From Seison nebaliae (taxonomy: Eukaryota): a stretch of DNA of 64,000 nucleotides. Below are positions 11,889 through 25,879 of the stretch, piece by piece. Under the pieces are notes generated by a model. The model saw only the letters and a list, made by a program, of their open reading frames with translations. It searched no databases and was not told the origin of the DNA. The position numbers were made by a program, and so were the translations under genes. The stretch is taken from the NCBI GenBank assembly GCA_023231475.1, contig JALJEE010002582.1, positions 1-64,000 of the forward strand, written 5' to 3'. The first letter of the stretch is position 1. Every line of letters begins with the position of its first letter.

Positions 11889-14800
11889 ATGTCGTTCGAC
11901 TATGCCAATCCGACATTTTTATTAGAAGATGAAAGTGAAGTAAGCGGAAGGGAATTGTATGAGAAGGAAGATGAATCGATGGAGAAAGATATCGATAATT
12001 TCAAAAGTGTATCTTATTTCAAATTATTCCGATATGCAACTGCATTCGATATCATCCTTATAATCATTTCCATCATTATGGGATTGACTGTTGCTGGTTG
12101 TACAATTGCACCGTTCATGTATTATGGTGATATTCTCGATTCGTTTACGAATGATACAGTAACGGATAAATTGGAGAAAGATGTAAAAAGTTTCTCAATA
12201 AAGTATACTTATTTTGGTATTGGAATTTTTGTGGCGACGATGATTCAGATAATTACCATTTCTATCGCTGCTGAAAATCAAGTGAATAAAATAAAGAAAA
12301 ATTTCTTCCAAGCAATCCTTAAACAAAATATTAGTTGGCATGATCGACAAACGGCTGGAATATTGACGACAAGATTATTTGAAGATATCCTTCAATTGAG
12401 CAAAGGAATTGGAAAGGAATTCACGACAGCTATCCAATTTGCAGCGACATTCATCATCGGATTAGTTTTGGCTTTTTGGAAAGGATGGAAATTGGCATTA
12501 GTTCTCACTTCTATTATGCCTTTCATCGCCATAATGACGGCGTTGTTGAGTATTTTAGTGAAGAGAGCAACAAAAAAAGAATTGGAATCATATGCGACAG
12601 CTGGTGGAATTGCTGATGAAGTGTTGACAGCGATAAGAACGGTCATTTCATTTGGTTCTATCAATAAAGAATCGAATCGATATAACAATGAATTACGAAC
12701 AGCTGAAGTTCAAATAAATCTGAAATCATTAATGTTAGGAGGTACAATTGGTGGTTTAGATTTTTTATCCTTCGCATCATTTGCATTGGCCTTATGGTAT
12801 GGTCCGAAACTTATACGAGATGGAGAAGAAGGATATACCATCGGTGTTGTCATTTTTGTATTTTTCACTATCGTCATTGGAACATTTACTTTAGGAATGG
12901 CAGTTCCAAAAATTCCGATATTTTCATCTGCCGCTGAATCAGCCAAATTCATTTTTGGTGTAATCGATCGAAAACCGGAATTGGACAATTTCCCTTCAGA
13001 TTATAAGAATGAAGTGATAAAGGATGATGGGACAGAATATGGAATATCATTTCAAGGTGTACACTTCACTTATCCGACAAGGAAAGGAGTAAAAATTCTA
13101 AATAATCTCTCATTTGATGTAAAGAAGAGTGAAAGTATCGCGTTGGTGGGTGAAAGTGGTTGTGGCAAATCGACAGTTATGCAATTATTAGAACGATTTT
13201 ATGAACCCGACATTGGTTATATTTCGATTAATGGTAAGGAATTACCTGAATATGAACTTTATGAATTGAGAAATATTATCGGGATAGTCTCACAGGAACC
13301 GATTCTGTTTGCTACAACTGTGGAAGAAAATATTAGATTAAATTATCCATCAGCCACAAAAGACGATATTATTGAAACTTGTAAACAAGCAAATATCCAC
13401 AATTTCATTCAAACATTAACCGATGGTTATGATACGTTGTTGGGGGAACATGGCACTCAATTATCTGGTGGTCAGAAACAAAGAATTGCAATTGCTCGTG
13501 CTCTTATTAAGAAACCGAAAATATTATTATTGGATGAAGCTACATCAGCACTCGATTCGGAGAGTGAACGAATAGTTCAGGAAGCATTAGATAAAGCGAG
13601 TGTTGGTCGAACGACAATTATCATAGCTCATCGATTATCGACAGTTAGGAATGTCAGTCGAATATTTGGTATGAAAGGTGGTGAGATCGTAGAAATGGGA
13701 AGTCATGATGAATTGGTGAATAAAGAAGGTCTTTATTATAACTTACTCAAAAAACAAAACGACACACTCGCAGAAATGAGAGATGATGGAGATGATGATA
13801 ATAATGATGATATTATAGAGAAAGATGGAACATTAAGAAAAGATTCTATTAATAAACCACAATTCCTTTATCAGCGATCGAATTCTATTGTATCTCATCA
13901 TAGTATCAAATCTACCGGTTCTTCATGTTTCGAAGATGATGGACGAATGCATTATACTCAGAAAGAATGGGAAGACGAAGTTCGAATAGGAAATAAGAAA
14001 GTGGAAGAAGAAGCGAATGAAGAAGATGTAGAAGTGAAAGGATGTTGTGGAAAGAAGAAAAAAGAAAAGAAAGATGAAGATCTTCCTACATGGAGAACGA
14101 TTTTCGGTTATAATAAACCTGAATTGAAATTTATAATTCCATCACTTTTCCTTTCGTTTATTGTGGGAGGGATTCAACCAATTCTTTCTATTTTAATGGC
14201 GAAAGTGATCGGATCATTTGGCAAACCCGAATATTCAGAAGATGAACGATATAAAAAAATTAACCTTTATGCAATTGGCATGTTAGTGACGGGTGTGGTT
14301 AGTGGTAGTGGTAAATTATTGAGAGAAATTCTTTATGGAAAATCAGAAAGTCGATTAGTGACGAGATTTCGTAAACTTTATTTCCATTCAATTTTACGTC
14401 AAGAAATGGCTTGGTTCGACCAATCTGATCATCAGACTGGTGCACTTATTTCCAGTTTGAGTTCTGATCCTTCACTTATCACTAGTATGAGTAGTCGACG
14501 AATAGGAATGATTTTAGAATCAGTCTTTTGTGTTTTAGTCGCTCTAATAATTTCTTTCTTTTATGGTCCGTTATTGGCATTGGTCATTTTACTCTTTCTT
14601 CCTTTCATGATTATTGCGGGAAGTGTCGATGCACAAACATGGAAAGGTGAAGGAATTCAACAACGTGAACAATTGTCACAAAATGGGAAGATTGCTTTCG
14701 AATCGATTGACAACATTCGAACCGTTTATCCGATGAATGCTCAACAACAATTCTTCGATAAATTTAAAATGTATTGTGATGAATTGTATAATCGAGTGAA

Positions 14801-15869
14801 GTATAAGGCAATCATTTCCGGTGCAGCATTAGGTTTAGCCGGATCTCTCCAATATTTCATGTATCCGGCTGTCTTCAGTTTTGGATTATTTTTAAGGAAC
14901 CAGGAAAATACGGCAATCAAAATGTCTTTCGAAAATATTCTTCTCGTATTTGGAGTTCTCACTTTTGGATTGATGAATGTTGGAAATCAAATGGGATTCA
15001 TTCCTGATTATGGCAAAGCTCAATCGGCAGCTAAACTAGTCATTGACACGATTAACAGGAAACCAATGATCGATAACGATAGTAATTTAGGTAAGAAAGA
15101 ATTAAATAGAAAGGAAGGTAATGTAGAGTTTGAGAATGTAAGATTCCGTTATCCGAGTCGACCAACTGCGAAAATCCTTCGCGGATTAAATATTAAAGCA
15201 AAATCGAAAGAAAAAATAGCGTTAGTGGGAGAAAGTGGATGTGGAAAATCGACTGTGATGCAAATTCTCGAACGATTTTATGAGAATCATTCCGGTTATG
15301 TCAGATTGAATGGAGAAAATATTCGAGATATAAATATAAAAAGTTTGAGAGAACAAATCGGTTTAGTTCAACAAGAACCAATTTTATTCAAACGAAGTAT
15401 TCGAGAGAATATCGCTTATTCGGAACAGGATGAAACGAAAATCGATAACGAACGAGTTATCGAAGTAGCAAAAGAAGCGAATATTCATGATTTCATCACT
15501 ACTCTTCCCGAAGGATATGAGACAAATGCGGGAAGTAAAGGAACTCAATTGTCTGGTGGGCAGAAACAACGAATTGCTATCGCTAGAGCTTTGTATAAGA
15601 ATCCTCCAATTCTCTTGTTGGATGAAGCGACATCTGCTTTAGATACAGAGAGTGAAAAGATTGTACAAGAAGCATTAGATAAGGCGAGTGAAAATCGTAC
15701 GACAATCGTCATCGCTCATCGATTATCAACAATAAAAGACGCGTCCATTATTTATGTAGTTAAGGATGGAAAGATTTGCGAATATGGAACACATGACGAA
15801 TTATTAAAAAATGAGAATGTTCCAGATAAGGGAATTTATGCCCGTCAATATCGTACACAAAATCGATGA
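11889..15869 (+). CDS. ABCB1: Full-length ABCB/P-glycoprotein multidrug transporter (TMD-NBD-TMD-NBD), 1326 aa, intronless
   Basis: Two GESGCGKST Walker A, two LSGGQKQRIAIARA signatures, two LLLDEATSALD Walker B and two multi-helix TM domains. Confidence 0.97.
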   Translation: MSFDYANPTFLLEDESEVSGRELYEKEDESMEKDIDNFKSVSYFKLFRYATAFDIILIIISIIMGLTVAGCTIAPFMYYGDILDSFTNDTVTDKLEKDVKSFSIKYTYFGIGIFVATMIQIITISIAAENQVNKIKKNFFQAILKQNISWHDRQTAGILTTRLFEDILQLSKGIGKEFTTAIQFAATFIIGLVLAFWKGWKLALVLTSIMPFIAIMTALLSILVKRATKKELESYATAGGIADEVLTAIRTVISFGSINKESNRYNNELRTAEVQINLKSLMLGGTIGGLDFLSFASFALALWYGPKLIRDGEEGYTIGVVIFVFFTIVIGTFTLGMAVPKIPIFSSAAESAKFIFGVIDRKPELDNFPSDYKNEVIKDDGTEYGISFQGVHFTYPTRKGVKILNNLSFDVKKSESIALVGESGCGKSTVMQLLERFYEPDIGYISINGKELPEYELYELRNIIGIVSQEPILFATTVEENIRLNYPSATKDDIIETCKQANIHNFIQTLTDGYDTLLGEHGTQLSGGQKQRIAIARALIKKPKILLLDEATSALDSESERIVQEALDKASVGRTTIIIAHRLSTVRNVSRIFGMKGGEIVEMGSHDELVNKEGLYYNLLKKQNDTLAEMRDDGDDDNNDDIIEKDGTLRKDSINKPQFLYQRSNSIVSHHSIKSTGSSCFEDDGRMHYTQKEWEDEVRIGNKKVEEEANEEDVEVKGCCGKKKKEKKDEDLPTWRTIFGYNKPELKFIIPSLFLSFIVGGIQPILSILMAKVIGSFGKPEYSEDERYKKINLYAIGMLVTGVVSGSGKLLREILYGKSESRLVTRFRKLYFHSILRQEMAWFDQSDHQTGALISSLSSDPSLITSMSSRRIGMILESVFCVLVALIISFFYGPLLALVILLFLPFMIIAGSVDAQTWKGEGIQQREQLSQNGKIAFESIDNIRTVYPMNAQQQFFDKFKMYCDELYNRVKYKAIISGAALGLAGSLQYFMYPAVFSFGLFLRNQENTAIKMSFENILLVFGVLTFGLMNVGNQMGFIPDYGKAQSAAKLVIDTINRKPMIDNDSNLGKKELNRKEGNVEFENVRFRYPSRPTAKILRGLNIKAKSKEKIALVGESGCGKSTVMQILERFYENHSGYVRLNGENIRDINIKSLREQIGLVQQEPILFKRSIRENIAYSEQDETKIDNERVIEVAKEANIHDFITTLPEGYETNAGSKGTQLSGGQKQRIAIARALYKNPPILLLDEATSALDTESEKIVQEALDKASENRTTIVIAHRLSTIKDASIIYVVKDGKICEYGTHDELLKNENVPDKGIYARQYRTQNR

Positions 15870-16156
15870 TTCATTAATTATATTTATTTTCAATTTCCAC
15901 CTATTATTATGTCTAGATTATCATTTTAAATTTGTTCAACTTTATACATGAGTGATTTCAATTCCATTTCTTTAATTTATATTTCTTATTTTTAAATTAT
16001 AAAAAATTTTCTTTTTATCTAACATTTAACCATAATTTCATCATTAACAAGAAATTTAATTAACAAAATATAGAAACTAATTCGAGAAAATGAACAATGT
16101 TTTGAAGAATTTACACAATGTCAAATTAATTCGAATTGTTTCATCATAAAACGAAA

Positions 16157-16642
16157 TTAAAGGAATTGTTCGGCATATTTCTTAAACTCTTCATAACTGT
16201 CATTCCCAACGTATTTCAAATGTAATCCTTTCGCTATTGATTCCTTCCTTGCATTCTTGATATCAACATGCATTGTAGCAATTAGTTCGTTACATTCCAG
16301 AACTTTCGAATGAATTCGAATTTTTTCTCCCATTTTCGCTAACTTTAAATATTCTATATCCATTTTTATCGAAATTCCTGCTTTATGATGATTAGACGCC
16401 ACTAAAGTCCAACTACTTAACATATCAATCAAAGTAGCTGTCATTCCACCATGTAATACACCGAAATGGTTAGTATGTTCCTCTTTCACCGTCATCTCAG
16501 CCACCGAATAACAATTGTCACTTTTTGGTAAGAATTTCACCTGATTTTTAATGGTAAAAGAATTTTCAGTAGTTTGTTCGAAATTAAATTGAAGGAACTT
16601 CAAAAACTTTGTCGAAACCTTTCCGAACACGATACATTCCAT
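16157..16642 (-). CDS. ACOT13: Hotdog-fold acyl-CoA thioesterase (ACOT13/THEM2-like)
   Basis: EEHTNHFGVLHGGMTATLID motif and GISIKMDIEYLKLAKMGE; 161 aa. Confidence 0.88.
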   Translation of the reverse strand: MECIVFGKVSTKFLKFLQFNFEQTTENSFTIKNQVKFLPKSDNCYSVAEMTVKEEHTNHFGVLHGGMTATLIDMLSSWTLVASNHHKAGISIKMDIEYLKLAKMGEKIRIHSKVLECNELIATMHVDIKNARKESIAKGLHLKYVGNDSYEEFKKYAEQFL

Positions 16643-16905
16643 TCAGCATTCTCATCATTGATGGTCTACTATACATGTTGGAAAAGTTCTTAATTGAAAT
16701 GAAAAAATTATGGAATAATTATTATTCGAATAGTAACGAAAATCAGAATTGATTCGTCATGTTTAAGCTTTGATTGATGTGGTTGTTGAGAATAGAAAAT
16801 TGAATAATTTTAAATTGAAAATAATTCGATTTGAATTTTAAGTTTATCGATTATTCTTTAATGTAATTTAACAAAAAGTATCTCCACTCTCAATAGTTGG
16901 GAAGG

Positions 16906-18387
16906 ATGGAGATGTCATTAAATAAAGAAGAAAATAATGGAACAGATGAAGACGAGGAAGAACATTTGAAAGAGATCGAATCTCAATGTAATTTCGCCCA
17001 ATTATATTTACTGAGAAATGAGAAGTTGGTTGAGAAGTTATTGTTCCAAATCGAATTATTGAAGTGTAAATGGTTGATTGGGAAAGAGAAATGTAATTCG
17101 TTAAAAGATGAGAAGATAATGGTGAAAGGACGTCAATTGTCGTTCGAAGAGAGTTTGTGGTATAGTGAGTCGAAGCATTGGCAATTGCGAGAGAATGTAT
17201 TGAAGAAAGATGAAGATAAAGATGAATGGGAACGACATCTTTCCACTAAAATCGATGGGAGAGATGAAATGAATATAAATAATTTATTTGGTGATACACT
17301 TCTCTTCCTCGACGAATTACATCATCGATATTGTGATAAGAATTATAATTCAGAACGATTATGGTCATATTACAAGAAGTTGAAGGAGCTGATTGGAGGG
17401 AATAGAGATTTGTATAAACTTTTCTCTTATGATAATCAGGAAAGAAATCTCTCTCGAATTGAGAATCGTATCTGTAATCTTTATGCAAATGCTATTGATG
17501 TTCAAGTGAATTCATTGAATCTTGTTATGGACACTTTGTTGAAAGTACAGAAAGAATTGGATGAAATGGTTCTCACACGAATCGATGAAGAATCTTATGA
17601 GAGAATGATGAATGATATTATGAACGATCCTGATTATAATAAAGAAGATATGAAAGAATTAATCACATTCGCTAAAGAAGAAGGAATTCATTCTCTTCTT
17701 CCTTATATATCCGATGATGACAATTCATCCAATCACCAATTAAAGAACAATAATAATAATAATAATAATAATGTGGGAGAAGATGAATTAATGGAGACGT
17801 TGAAAGATCATGAAAATTTTCTAGAAAGAGGAAATGAAAGGACGAAGGTGAAAGGAACGAATTTGAAGAAGTCGCATCTACAAAGTAAAAGTAAAATGGA
17901 AGTTCAATTTGAGCAACCGAAACCAGATTTGGAAGATATGCCAGTACGACCGGACGAACCTCGTTATTGTTCGTGTAATCAAGTGGTATTTGGACGTATG
18001 ATTGCATGTGATGATTCGAGAGTTGGTTCTTCTTAAAACTTCTTTTTTATTTAACATTTTATTCAACACATTCCAAATCTTCTTTTTTATATTCACCACT
18101 TTCATTCTATTACTCATCGAATGATTGATCTGAATCTCATTTTATTTTTATTTGTCTTTAAATGAAATTTCCCATTAAACATTTTCTTATCTCTCAAAGT
18201 GTTCGACCGAATGGTATCATTTAGGTTGCGTGGGATTAACGGCAGTACCGAAAGGTAAATGGGTATGTCCTTCATGTGAAACAAGGACGAATCCAAAGAG
18301 AAATCAACGAACGAAAAAAAACGTGAAAAACATTAATTCATCCACCACTCTCATACGACGTAGTAGACGATCGACGTCGCGAACTGC

Positions 18388-18391
<4 letters not shown>
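16906..18391 (+). CDS. ING-family (inhibitor of growth) PHD-finger protein, 2 exons (16906-18021, 18200-18391), about 435 aa
   Basis: Removing intron 18022-18199 (GTTGGT...CAAAG) restores [49 protein letters not shown], the ING-type C4HC3 PHD. Helical N-terminal region; (AAT)n poly-Asn tract at about 17747-17773. Confidence 0.88.
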
Positions 18392-19340
<949 letters not shown>

Positions 19341-20009
19341 TTATGGTGGGATAATGTTAGATAAATTAGATCGCTATTTCTATGGTAACGATTGAATTGA
19401 AATTAGTTGATAAATTCTCATATTTATTTATAGATTATTTTAAAATTTTAGCTTCATATTAGTTTCGATAGGAAAAATTCATTCAAATAGAAAGTGCGAA
19501 AGCTAAAAATTTGAGAAATGTTTTATTTCTATAATAATTTTGAATGAATTAAATATCGATATCTGGAAATGATAATTCACTTGATATTTATGTATTTAAA
19601 TATCATATAATTTCAGGTCGGAAAAAAATTATATTATCAGAAACTGCGATTGTACACAGAAAATGAATTGATGGAGTTTAGAGTACAGAGAGAAATTGTT
19701 GGAAGATAAATAACAGCTTGATTTTTTTCAACTGGAATTCTTTTCTCATTCATTTTCATCCTTTTTCATCCTTTTAATAAAAGAGAACTGAAATATATAG
19801 ATATATATATTGATTGATCAATAATTTCTTTCTACAAATGACTTTCCTTTTCAGTTTACTTTTACATAAGGAATAATTTCATGAGGTTGAATTGATTTGT
19901 AAAGAAAAAGTCTTCCCCTCTTTGACTATTAAGGAAAACTCTTCATCTTTTTTTAACGTAAACAGAAGAGAGTGATCGAGAAAGAGATTATAAAATTTTC
20001 TTGAAATGA

Positions 20010-23000
20010 ATGATGTCGAAGCCGAGTATCATCTCATTAGTGAACGAATATAATTCAAGTCAATCGACAAATTCGTCATCTCATTTCGGTGCGATTGGTC
20101 ATCCAGAAACCAAAGGGAAGATGAGTGAACATACAATTGACGACAATAATATTGCCAGTTCTTTGACACATCTATCAATGTCGGATCAAGCATCAACTAC
20201 TACACCATCATCTTCATCCATCAATCCTAACAGAAATAATAGTAATAATAATTTACTTGATATGTTACATAATGAGAAATTATCATCATCATCATCATCT
20301 TCTTCCTCATCTACTGGATCGTCGTCAGGTTATGGTGCAATTGGTGATCCGATTGCTCAGCCACCACCACCACCACCAACAACAACAGTGACAACAACGA
20401 AAAGTTTGACATATGCAGAAGTGATACCAGCAGCTCAACGACAATCGCAACGATCAGCAAATAATAAAATGAATGTAACATCGTCATCATCATCACTTTC
20501 ATCATCTCCATCATCTTCATTAATAACCACATCAACATCGATGATGGGATCTCATGCAAATAATAATGCGAATAATCAAAATGAATTTCGAAGTAGTGGA
20601 TTTTTTCCTAATGATGGACAATCGTCATCATCGACACGATCTAATAATAATGGAATGGGAGATAATAATGGAAATAATTTGACACCATATGATATGAGTC
20701 CATCATTAACTGATAAAGTATTTGCACCACCACCTCGACCGAGTAAAGGAAAAGAAGGAACTCCAATTGATTTGAATGCGAATCATTTCCGCATCGAAAT
20801 TCCGTTAGATGCCGTTTTCCATCATTATGAAGTTGGAATTATGCCAGACAAATGTCCGAAACGTGTCAATCGAGATATATTCGGTCGAATGGTATCATTA
20901 TATCCATTGTTCAATGGACAACGACCAGTGTTTGATGGGAAGAAACATATGTACACGAGAGAATTGTTGGATCAACATTCAAATAAATTTGAATTTGATG
21001 TCACATTACCAGGTGATGGACGTGAGAGAACTTTTCATGTTAATGTTCGTTATGTTGGAGCGATATCATTGAGGAAATTAAATGAAGTATTACAAACTGC
21101 TGGAAATAATTCGAATAGTGTCAATTCAAAGAATTTAATGTTGACCTCCTCGTCCTCATTACAAGTACCAAATGAAGCTCTTCAAGCATTGGATGTTATT
21201 ATTCGACATCATCCATCTTCCATTTATACACCTGTCGGTCGTTCCTTCTTTTCACCACCTGAAGCTGTTGATCCGGTAGTATTAGGTGGTGGTCGTGAAG
21301 TATGGTTCGGTTTTCACCAATCTGTCAAACCATCACATTGGAATATGACGTTGAATATTGACGTTTCCGCTACCGCATTCTACAAATCACAGTCAGTTAT
21401 TCGTTTCCTTTCTGAAGTGATCGATATCCAACCAAATGAATTGAGAAATAATCGACAATTGAACGATTCGCAACGTGTGAAATTTACGAAAGAAATTAAA
21501 GGACTCAAAATAGAAATTACTCATTGTGGACAGATGAAGAGGAAATATCGTGTCTGTAATGTCACGAGAAGATCGGCACAAACACAAACATTTCCATGGC
21601 AAGTGAACGATTCACCGAATCATATCGAATGTACCGTCAAGAAATATTTTGAAGATAAACATAAAATGCAATTGAATTTCCCAAATTTACCTTGTCTCCA
21701 AGTTGGTCACGAGTCGAAGAATACTTATCTTCCATTAGAAGTATGTCATATCGTAGCTGGACAACGTTGCATAAAAAAATTGACGGATAGTCAAACATCT
21801 CAAATGATTAAAGCAACAGCGAGAACGGCACCATCGAGAGAATTAGAAATTCAAAGTTTATTTGCACGAGCCGAATTCCATCGAGATCCGATCGTTCGAG
21901 ATTTTGGATTGACAATCAATGAGAATATGACAAATTTGAAAGGAAGAATTTTGACGGCACCAAAAATACTTTATGGAGGACGAACACGTGTATCGATTAC
22001 ACCGATGAATGGTGTTTGGGATATGAGAAATAAACAATTTCATACTGGTGTCCAAATAACCAAATGGGCAATATGTTGTTTTGCCCAACAACGAACATGT
22101 CATGACACACATATCAGAACATTCATCATTCAATTACAGAAGATATCGAGTGATGCAGGAATGCCAATTATTGGTCAACCAGTTTTCAATAAATATGCCA
22201 CAGGCACAGATCAAGTTGAGCCATTATTCCGATATTTAAATTCTTCATACTCCAATCTTCAACTTATCATCGTCATCCTTCCAGGAAAGACACCAGTGTA
22301 TGCTGAAGTAAAACGTGTGGGCGATACTGTATTCGGAATGGCGACACAATGTGTTCAATTTAAGAATGTGCAGAAGACAAATCCTCAAACTCTTTCAAAT
22401 TTGTGTTTGAAAATTAATGTGAAATTAGGTGGTATTAACAATATACTAGTTCCGAGTGTTCGACCAGTATCTGTATTCCGAGAACCGGTCGTTTTTATCG
22501 GTGCGGATGTTACTCATCCTCCTGCAGGTGATCGATTAAAACCGTCGATTGCAGCAGTTGTCGGTTCGATGGATGCACATCCAAGTCGTTATGCAGCAAC
22601 TGTACGAGTACAAGAACATAGGAAAGAAGTCATTCAAGATATCTGTGATATGGTACGAGAATTATTAATTCAATTTTACAAATCTACTCATTTTAAACCA
22701 ACTCGTATTATTCTCTATCGAGATGGTGTTAGTGAAGGACAATTCAATAGTGTATTAGCTCATGAGTTAAAAGGAGTACGACAAGCGTGTGTATCATTAG
22801 ATAAGGATTATCAACCTGGAATTACATTTATTGCTGTGCAGAAGAGACATCATACTCGATTATTTTGTTCGAATAAAAATTTACAATGTGGAAGATCGGG
22901 CAATATACCACCGGGAACTACAGTCGATTCCGATATCACACATCCAAGAGATTTCGATTTCTATCTTTGTTCTCACGCTGGAATTCAAGGAACTTCAAGA

Positions 23001-23303
23001 CCCTCTCATTATTATGTTTTATGGGATGATAATAATTATGAATCTGATGAACTTCAATCTCTCACTTATCAATTATGTCACACATATGTAAGATGTACAC
23101 GTTCAGTCAGTATTCCAGCACCAGCATATTATGCGCATTTAGTAGCATTTCGTGCTCGATATCATCTGATCGAAAAAGATCATGAATCGAACGATTCTCA
23201 TCAAAGTTTCAATGGAGATGATCAACCATTAGCGAATCATAATATTCAATCACAATCCGTTCGCGTTCATCCACAATCATCGCAAGTCATGTATTTTGCT
23301 TAA
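20010..23303 (+). CDS. AGO: Argonaute, AGO clade (miRNA-type), 1097 aa, intronless
   Basis: N/L1 ([24 protein letters not shown]), PAZ (LPLEVC), MID ([13 protein letters not shown]) and PIWI with an intact D-E-D-H tetrad ([25 protein letters not shown]); ends MYFA. Confidence 0.98.
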   Translation: MMSKPSIISLVNEYNSSQSTNSSSHFGAIGHPETKGKMSEHTIDDNNIASSLTHLSMSDQASTTTPSSSSINPNRNNSNNNLLDMLHNEKLSSSSSSSSSSTGSSSGYGAIGDPIAQPPPPPPTTTVTTTKSLTYAEVIPAAQRQSQRSANNKMNVTSSSSSLSSSPSSSLITTSTSMMGSHANNNANNQNEFRSSGFFPNDGQSSSSTRSNNNGMGDNNGNNLTPYDMSPSLTDKVFAPPPRPSKGKEGTPIDLNANHFRIEIPLDAVFHHYEVGIMPDKCPKRVNRDIFGRMVSLYPLFNGQRPVFDGKKHMYTRELLDQHSNKFEFDVTLPGDGRERTFHVNVRYVGAISLRKLNEVLQTAGNNSNSVNSKNLMLTSSSSLQVPNEALQALDVIIRHHPSSIYTPVGRSFFSPPEAVDPVVLGGGREVWFGFHQSVKPSHWNMTLNIDVSATAFYKSQSVIRFLSEVIDIQPNELRNNRQLNDSQRVKFTKEIKGLKIEITHCGQMKRKYRVCNVTRRSAQTQTFPWQVNDSPNHIECTVKKYFEDKHKMQLNFPNLPCLQVGHESKNTYLPLEVCHIVAGQRCIKKLTDSQTSQMIKATARTAPSRELEIQSLFARAEFHRDPIVRDFGLTINENMTNLKGRILTAPKILYGGRTRVSITPMNGVWDMRNKQFHTGVQITKWAICCFAQQRTCHDTHIRTFIIQLQKISSDAGMPIIGQPVFNKYATGTDQVEPLFRYLNSSYSNLQLIIVILPGKTPVYAEVKRVGDTVFGMATQCVQFKNVQKTNPQTLSNLCLKINVKLGGINNILVPSVRPVSVFREPVVFIGADVTHPPAGDRLKPSIAAVVGSMDAHPSRYAATVRVQEHRKEVIQDICDMVRELLIQFYKSTHFKPTRIILYRDGVSEGQFNSVLAHELKGVRQACVSLDKDYQPGITFIAVQKRHHTRLFCSNKNLQCGRSGNIPPGTTVDSDITHPRDFDFYLCSHAGIQGTSRPSHYYVLWDDNNYESDELQSLTYQLCHTYVRCTRSVSIPAPAYYAHLVAFRARYHLIEKDHESNDSHQSFNGDDQPLANHNIQSQSVRVHPQSSQVMYFA

Positions 23304-24142
23304 ATTCAACCGAATTAATTTTTTTTATCGGTTTTATTTCTCCTCCATTCGACAATTTTCCCATCACACACGCACACATACAAATATATATGTCACCGAT
23401 ATCCTCCCCAATTTAATTTCTTCAATCAATTCTCACTTGCAAAAGAAAATACTAATCAATCGATCCGTTTCGAGACAGTTGTTTACTACAAATTATCTAT
23501 TTTCTTTTTTTCAAAATTTTCAGAAACAATTTCACTTTTCAACAAATAATTAGTTGTCGTTTTTTTCTTCCTTCCTTATTGGTTTCTAAAAAGTAAATGA
23601 ATAATGTTCACAAATTAATTATTTTCGTTTTATTCATATTTCATTCCTTCAATTTCATTTTCAATATCTTCTTCTTTTTCATGAATTCACTCTCCTCCAA
23701 ACAACAACCTATTCATTTTATACATTGTTACTCTGATTTCCGTCATAATATCTCATTCAATAACGATTTGGATAAATATATCTCTCGCAAGAAGATATTC
23801 TAATCAAATCTCCATTTTCTCATCTTTCGATTTCCATCATTTTAATCTTCATCTCGATTCTTTCATTCTAAATATTTATAGAGACATCGTCAATCTTATT
23901 TCTTAATCGTTTTATTATTCAATTTCTCTTCATTCTCTCTTTTATTCGTTCGCCCAATGCAAACAATTCCATTCCCAACACTTTCCATTAGTTCTTCATT
24001 TTTCATTAGAAGATTAATATATATCTATGAAAATTTAGATTGGAAACTGATTCTCATTTACAAATCTACATCAAATCCTGTTGTTGACGATGGAACGAAT
24101 TTATTTGTGAAAAAATAAAAAATTTTCGATTTATAAAACTTC

Positions 24143-25879
24143 TTAATATTTCTTTTTCATTGAACAATATCGGAATAAACTGCGGAATAGATTGAGAAAT
24201 TCAGTTCTGAAAATTGTACCAGAAAGAATGTAAAGCAAGAAATTACTACTGTGATTCAAATAGATGAGAACTTCGTTGCAATTCCTTAAAAGAAATAAGA
24301 TGTTCGCCTGTCGATTAGAGCGCAAAGCATCTGATTTGAGGTTAATGAATAATAAGATGAATGTGTTGGGTGTCGCTAGAACGAGGAAGCAAATCGTAAC
24401 TGACAACAACATACAAGTCAATGATTTTTGTCTTTGTGCTCGTTGACGTCGAATGCTTCGTAAAGTTGTGAGTGAGAAAGCACGTGGACGAGTTGGACGA
24501 CGAAATAAAGATGTTTTCAATTTGGGAATTGTTACATTATTTAATTGAATGATTGTTCTCAAATAACGAGTGGGTGATGGAGTTGGTGATGCCGATGATA
24601 CACGATTTCTTTTCATCCAACATTTGAATAATGGAGCAGTTATTCCTTTTCTTTTTTTAATAAATGATGTACTCGTTCCACTATTTGTATCAGAAGGGAA
24701 AGAAATTCTTTTATTTTGACTCGTATCCAATAGAACTGTCTTCTTCAATTGAACATATTCATGATTAGACAATTCTTCACTCTTTTTCCTCATCACATCG
24801 ATGTTGTTGTTGTTGTTGAATATTGTGACATTTGATGGATGTCTCTTCTTGTCTTTATAGAGTGTTTCTAATTTACTAAAATAAAGTTCGTCAAATGATT
24901 TGGATTTGCGGTTAATAAATGGACATTCACTTTCCGAACATCGTTTTTCTTTTAGAGAAACCGGATTTATCGTTAATGTATGACGAGGTTTATGATTCGT
25001 ATGTTGTTTGGGAGGACATTGTGTCAATTCTGATTCTAATTCACCACTCGAAATATTGACAGTGGATTGAATGGATTGAACGTTACTATTCCGTAGACGA
25101 TAATTGTCCAGTTTCTTATCGGACCGCAATTTAGTTATGATGATGAGTAAATTGAAAACAAGCATACAAGTGAAGGGTAAGAGAACGTAGATGAATAGAT
25201 AGATGAATGGAAAGATATTATTAGCGAAATAATCATAATATGCATATTTGGAATAAACACATTCGACCTTCGTTATTTTGATTTTTTCTTTGAATTCTTC
25301 ATTTGCAATTAACAATCTCGGTGTGGTGTCATTGTGGTGGTTGGTTGATTGACGTGATTGGAAGGAGTCGTTTCGTTTTCCTTCACCCCAAAACATGAGA
25401 ATATGAGAATTGAGTATTCCTAGAAGTATGAATAATCCACAAGTGACAATTCGAGCGAATCGAGGACGACAATATTTCTTTGCAATTCCATTCAAACAGG
25501 AATGTGTCGAGATTGTAATAAATCGATCAATACTCACAGCCACTAATAACCAGGATGAATATTCAGTTAATAAATTTAAAAGGAACACATGTAACCGACA
25601 TGTAACAATGTTCAATTCTCGAATAGATAAATGATGAGTTGATCGAAGAACATTTTTTATTCCGAAGCAATACATTACACTGATGTCGGTGAGTGAGAGT
25701 GTTGCCAAATAGAAAACAGTTGAAGAGTTCCTTAAATTCTTTCGTTTGAGAATAATAAATGAGAGCAGATTACCAATGGTCGAGATGATAATGAAGAATG
25801 GGAGAATGCAACTATCGGTAATATATCCAAAAGTGAAAATGCGTTGAAGGTAAATTCGATATTCGTTCGTTATATTCAT
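24143..25879 (-). CDS. Rhodopsin-class peptide GPCR (FMRFamide/sex-peptide receptor-like group), long ICL3, intronless CDS
   Basis: GNLLSF (TM1), YLATLSLTD (TM2), CRLH...SSWLLVAVSIDRF (TM3), LPF (TM5), FLVLATP (TM6), LNHSSNFLLY...G..FR (TM7/H8). Confidence 0.9.
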   Translation of the reverse strand: MNITNEYRIYLQRIFTFGYITDSCILPFFIIISTIGNLLSFIILKRKNLRNSSTVFYLATLSLTDISVMYCFGIKNVLRSTHHLSIRELNIVTCRLHVFLLNLLTEYSSWLLVAVSIDRFITISTHSCLNGIAKKYCRPRFARIVTCGLFILLGILNSHILMFWGEGKRNDSFQSRQSTNHHNDTTPRLLIANEEFKEKIKITKVECVYSKYAYYDYFANNIFPFIYLFIYVLLPFTCMLVFNLLIIITKLRSDKKLDNYRLRNSNVQSIQSTVNISSGELESELTQCPPKQHTNHKPRHTLTINPVSLKEKRCSESECPFINRKSKSFDELYFSKLETLYKDKKRHPSNVTIFNNNNNIDVMRKKSEELSNHEYVQLKKTVLLDTSQNKRISFPSDTNSGTSTSFIKKRKGITAPLFKCWMKRNRVSSASPTPSPTRYLRTIIQLNNVTIPKLKTSLFRRPTRPRAFSLTTLRSIRRQRAQRQKSLTCMLLSVTICFLVLATPNTFILLFINLKSDALRSNRQANILFLLRNCNEVLIYLNHSSNFLLYILSGTIFRTEFLNLFRSLFRYCSMKKKY

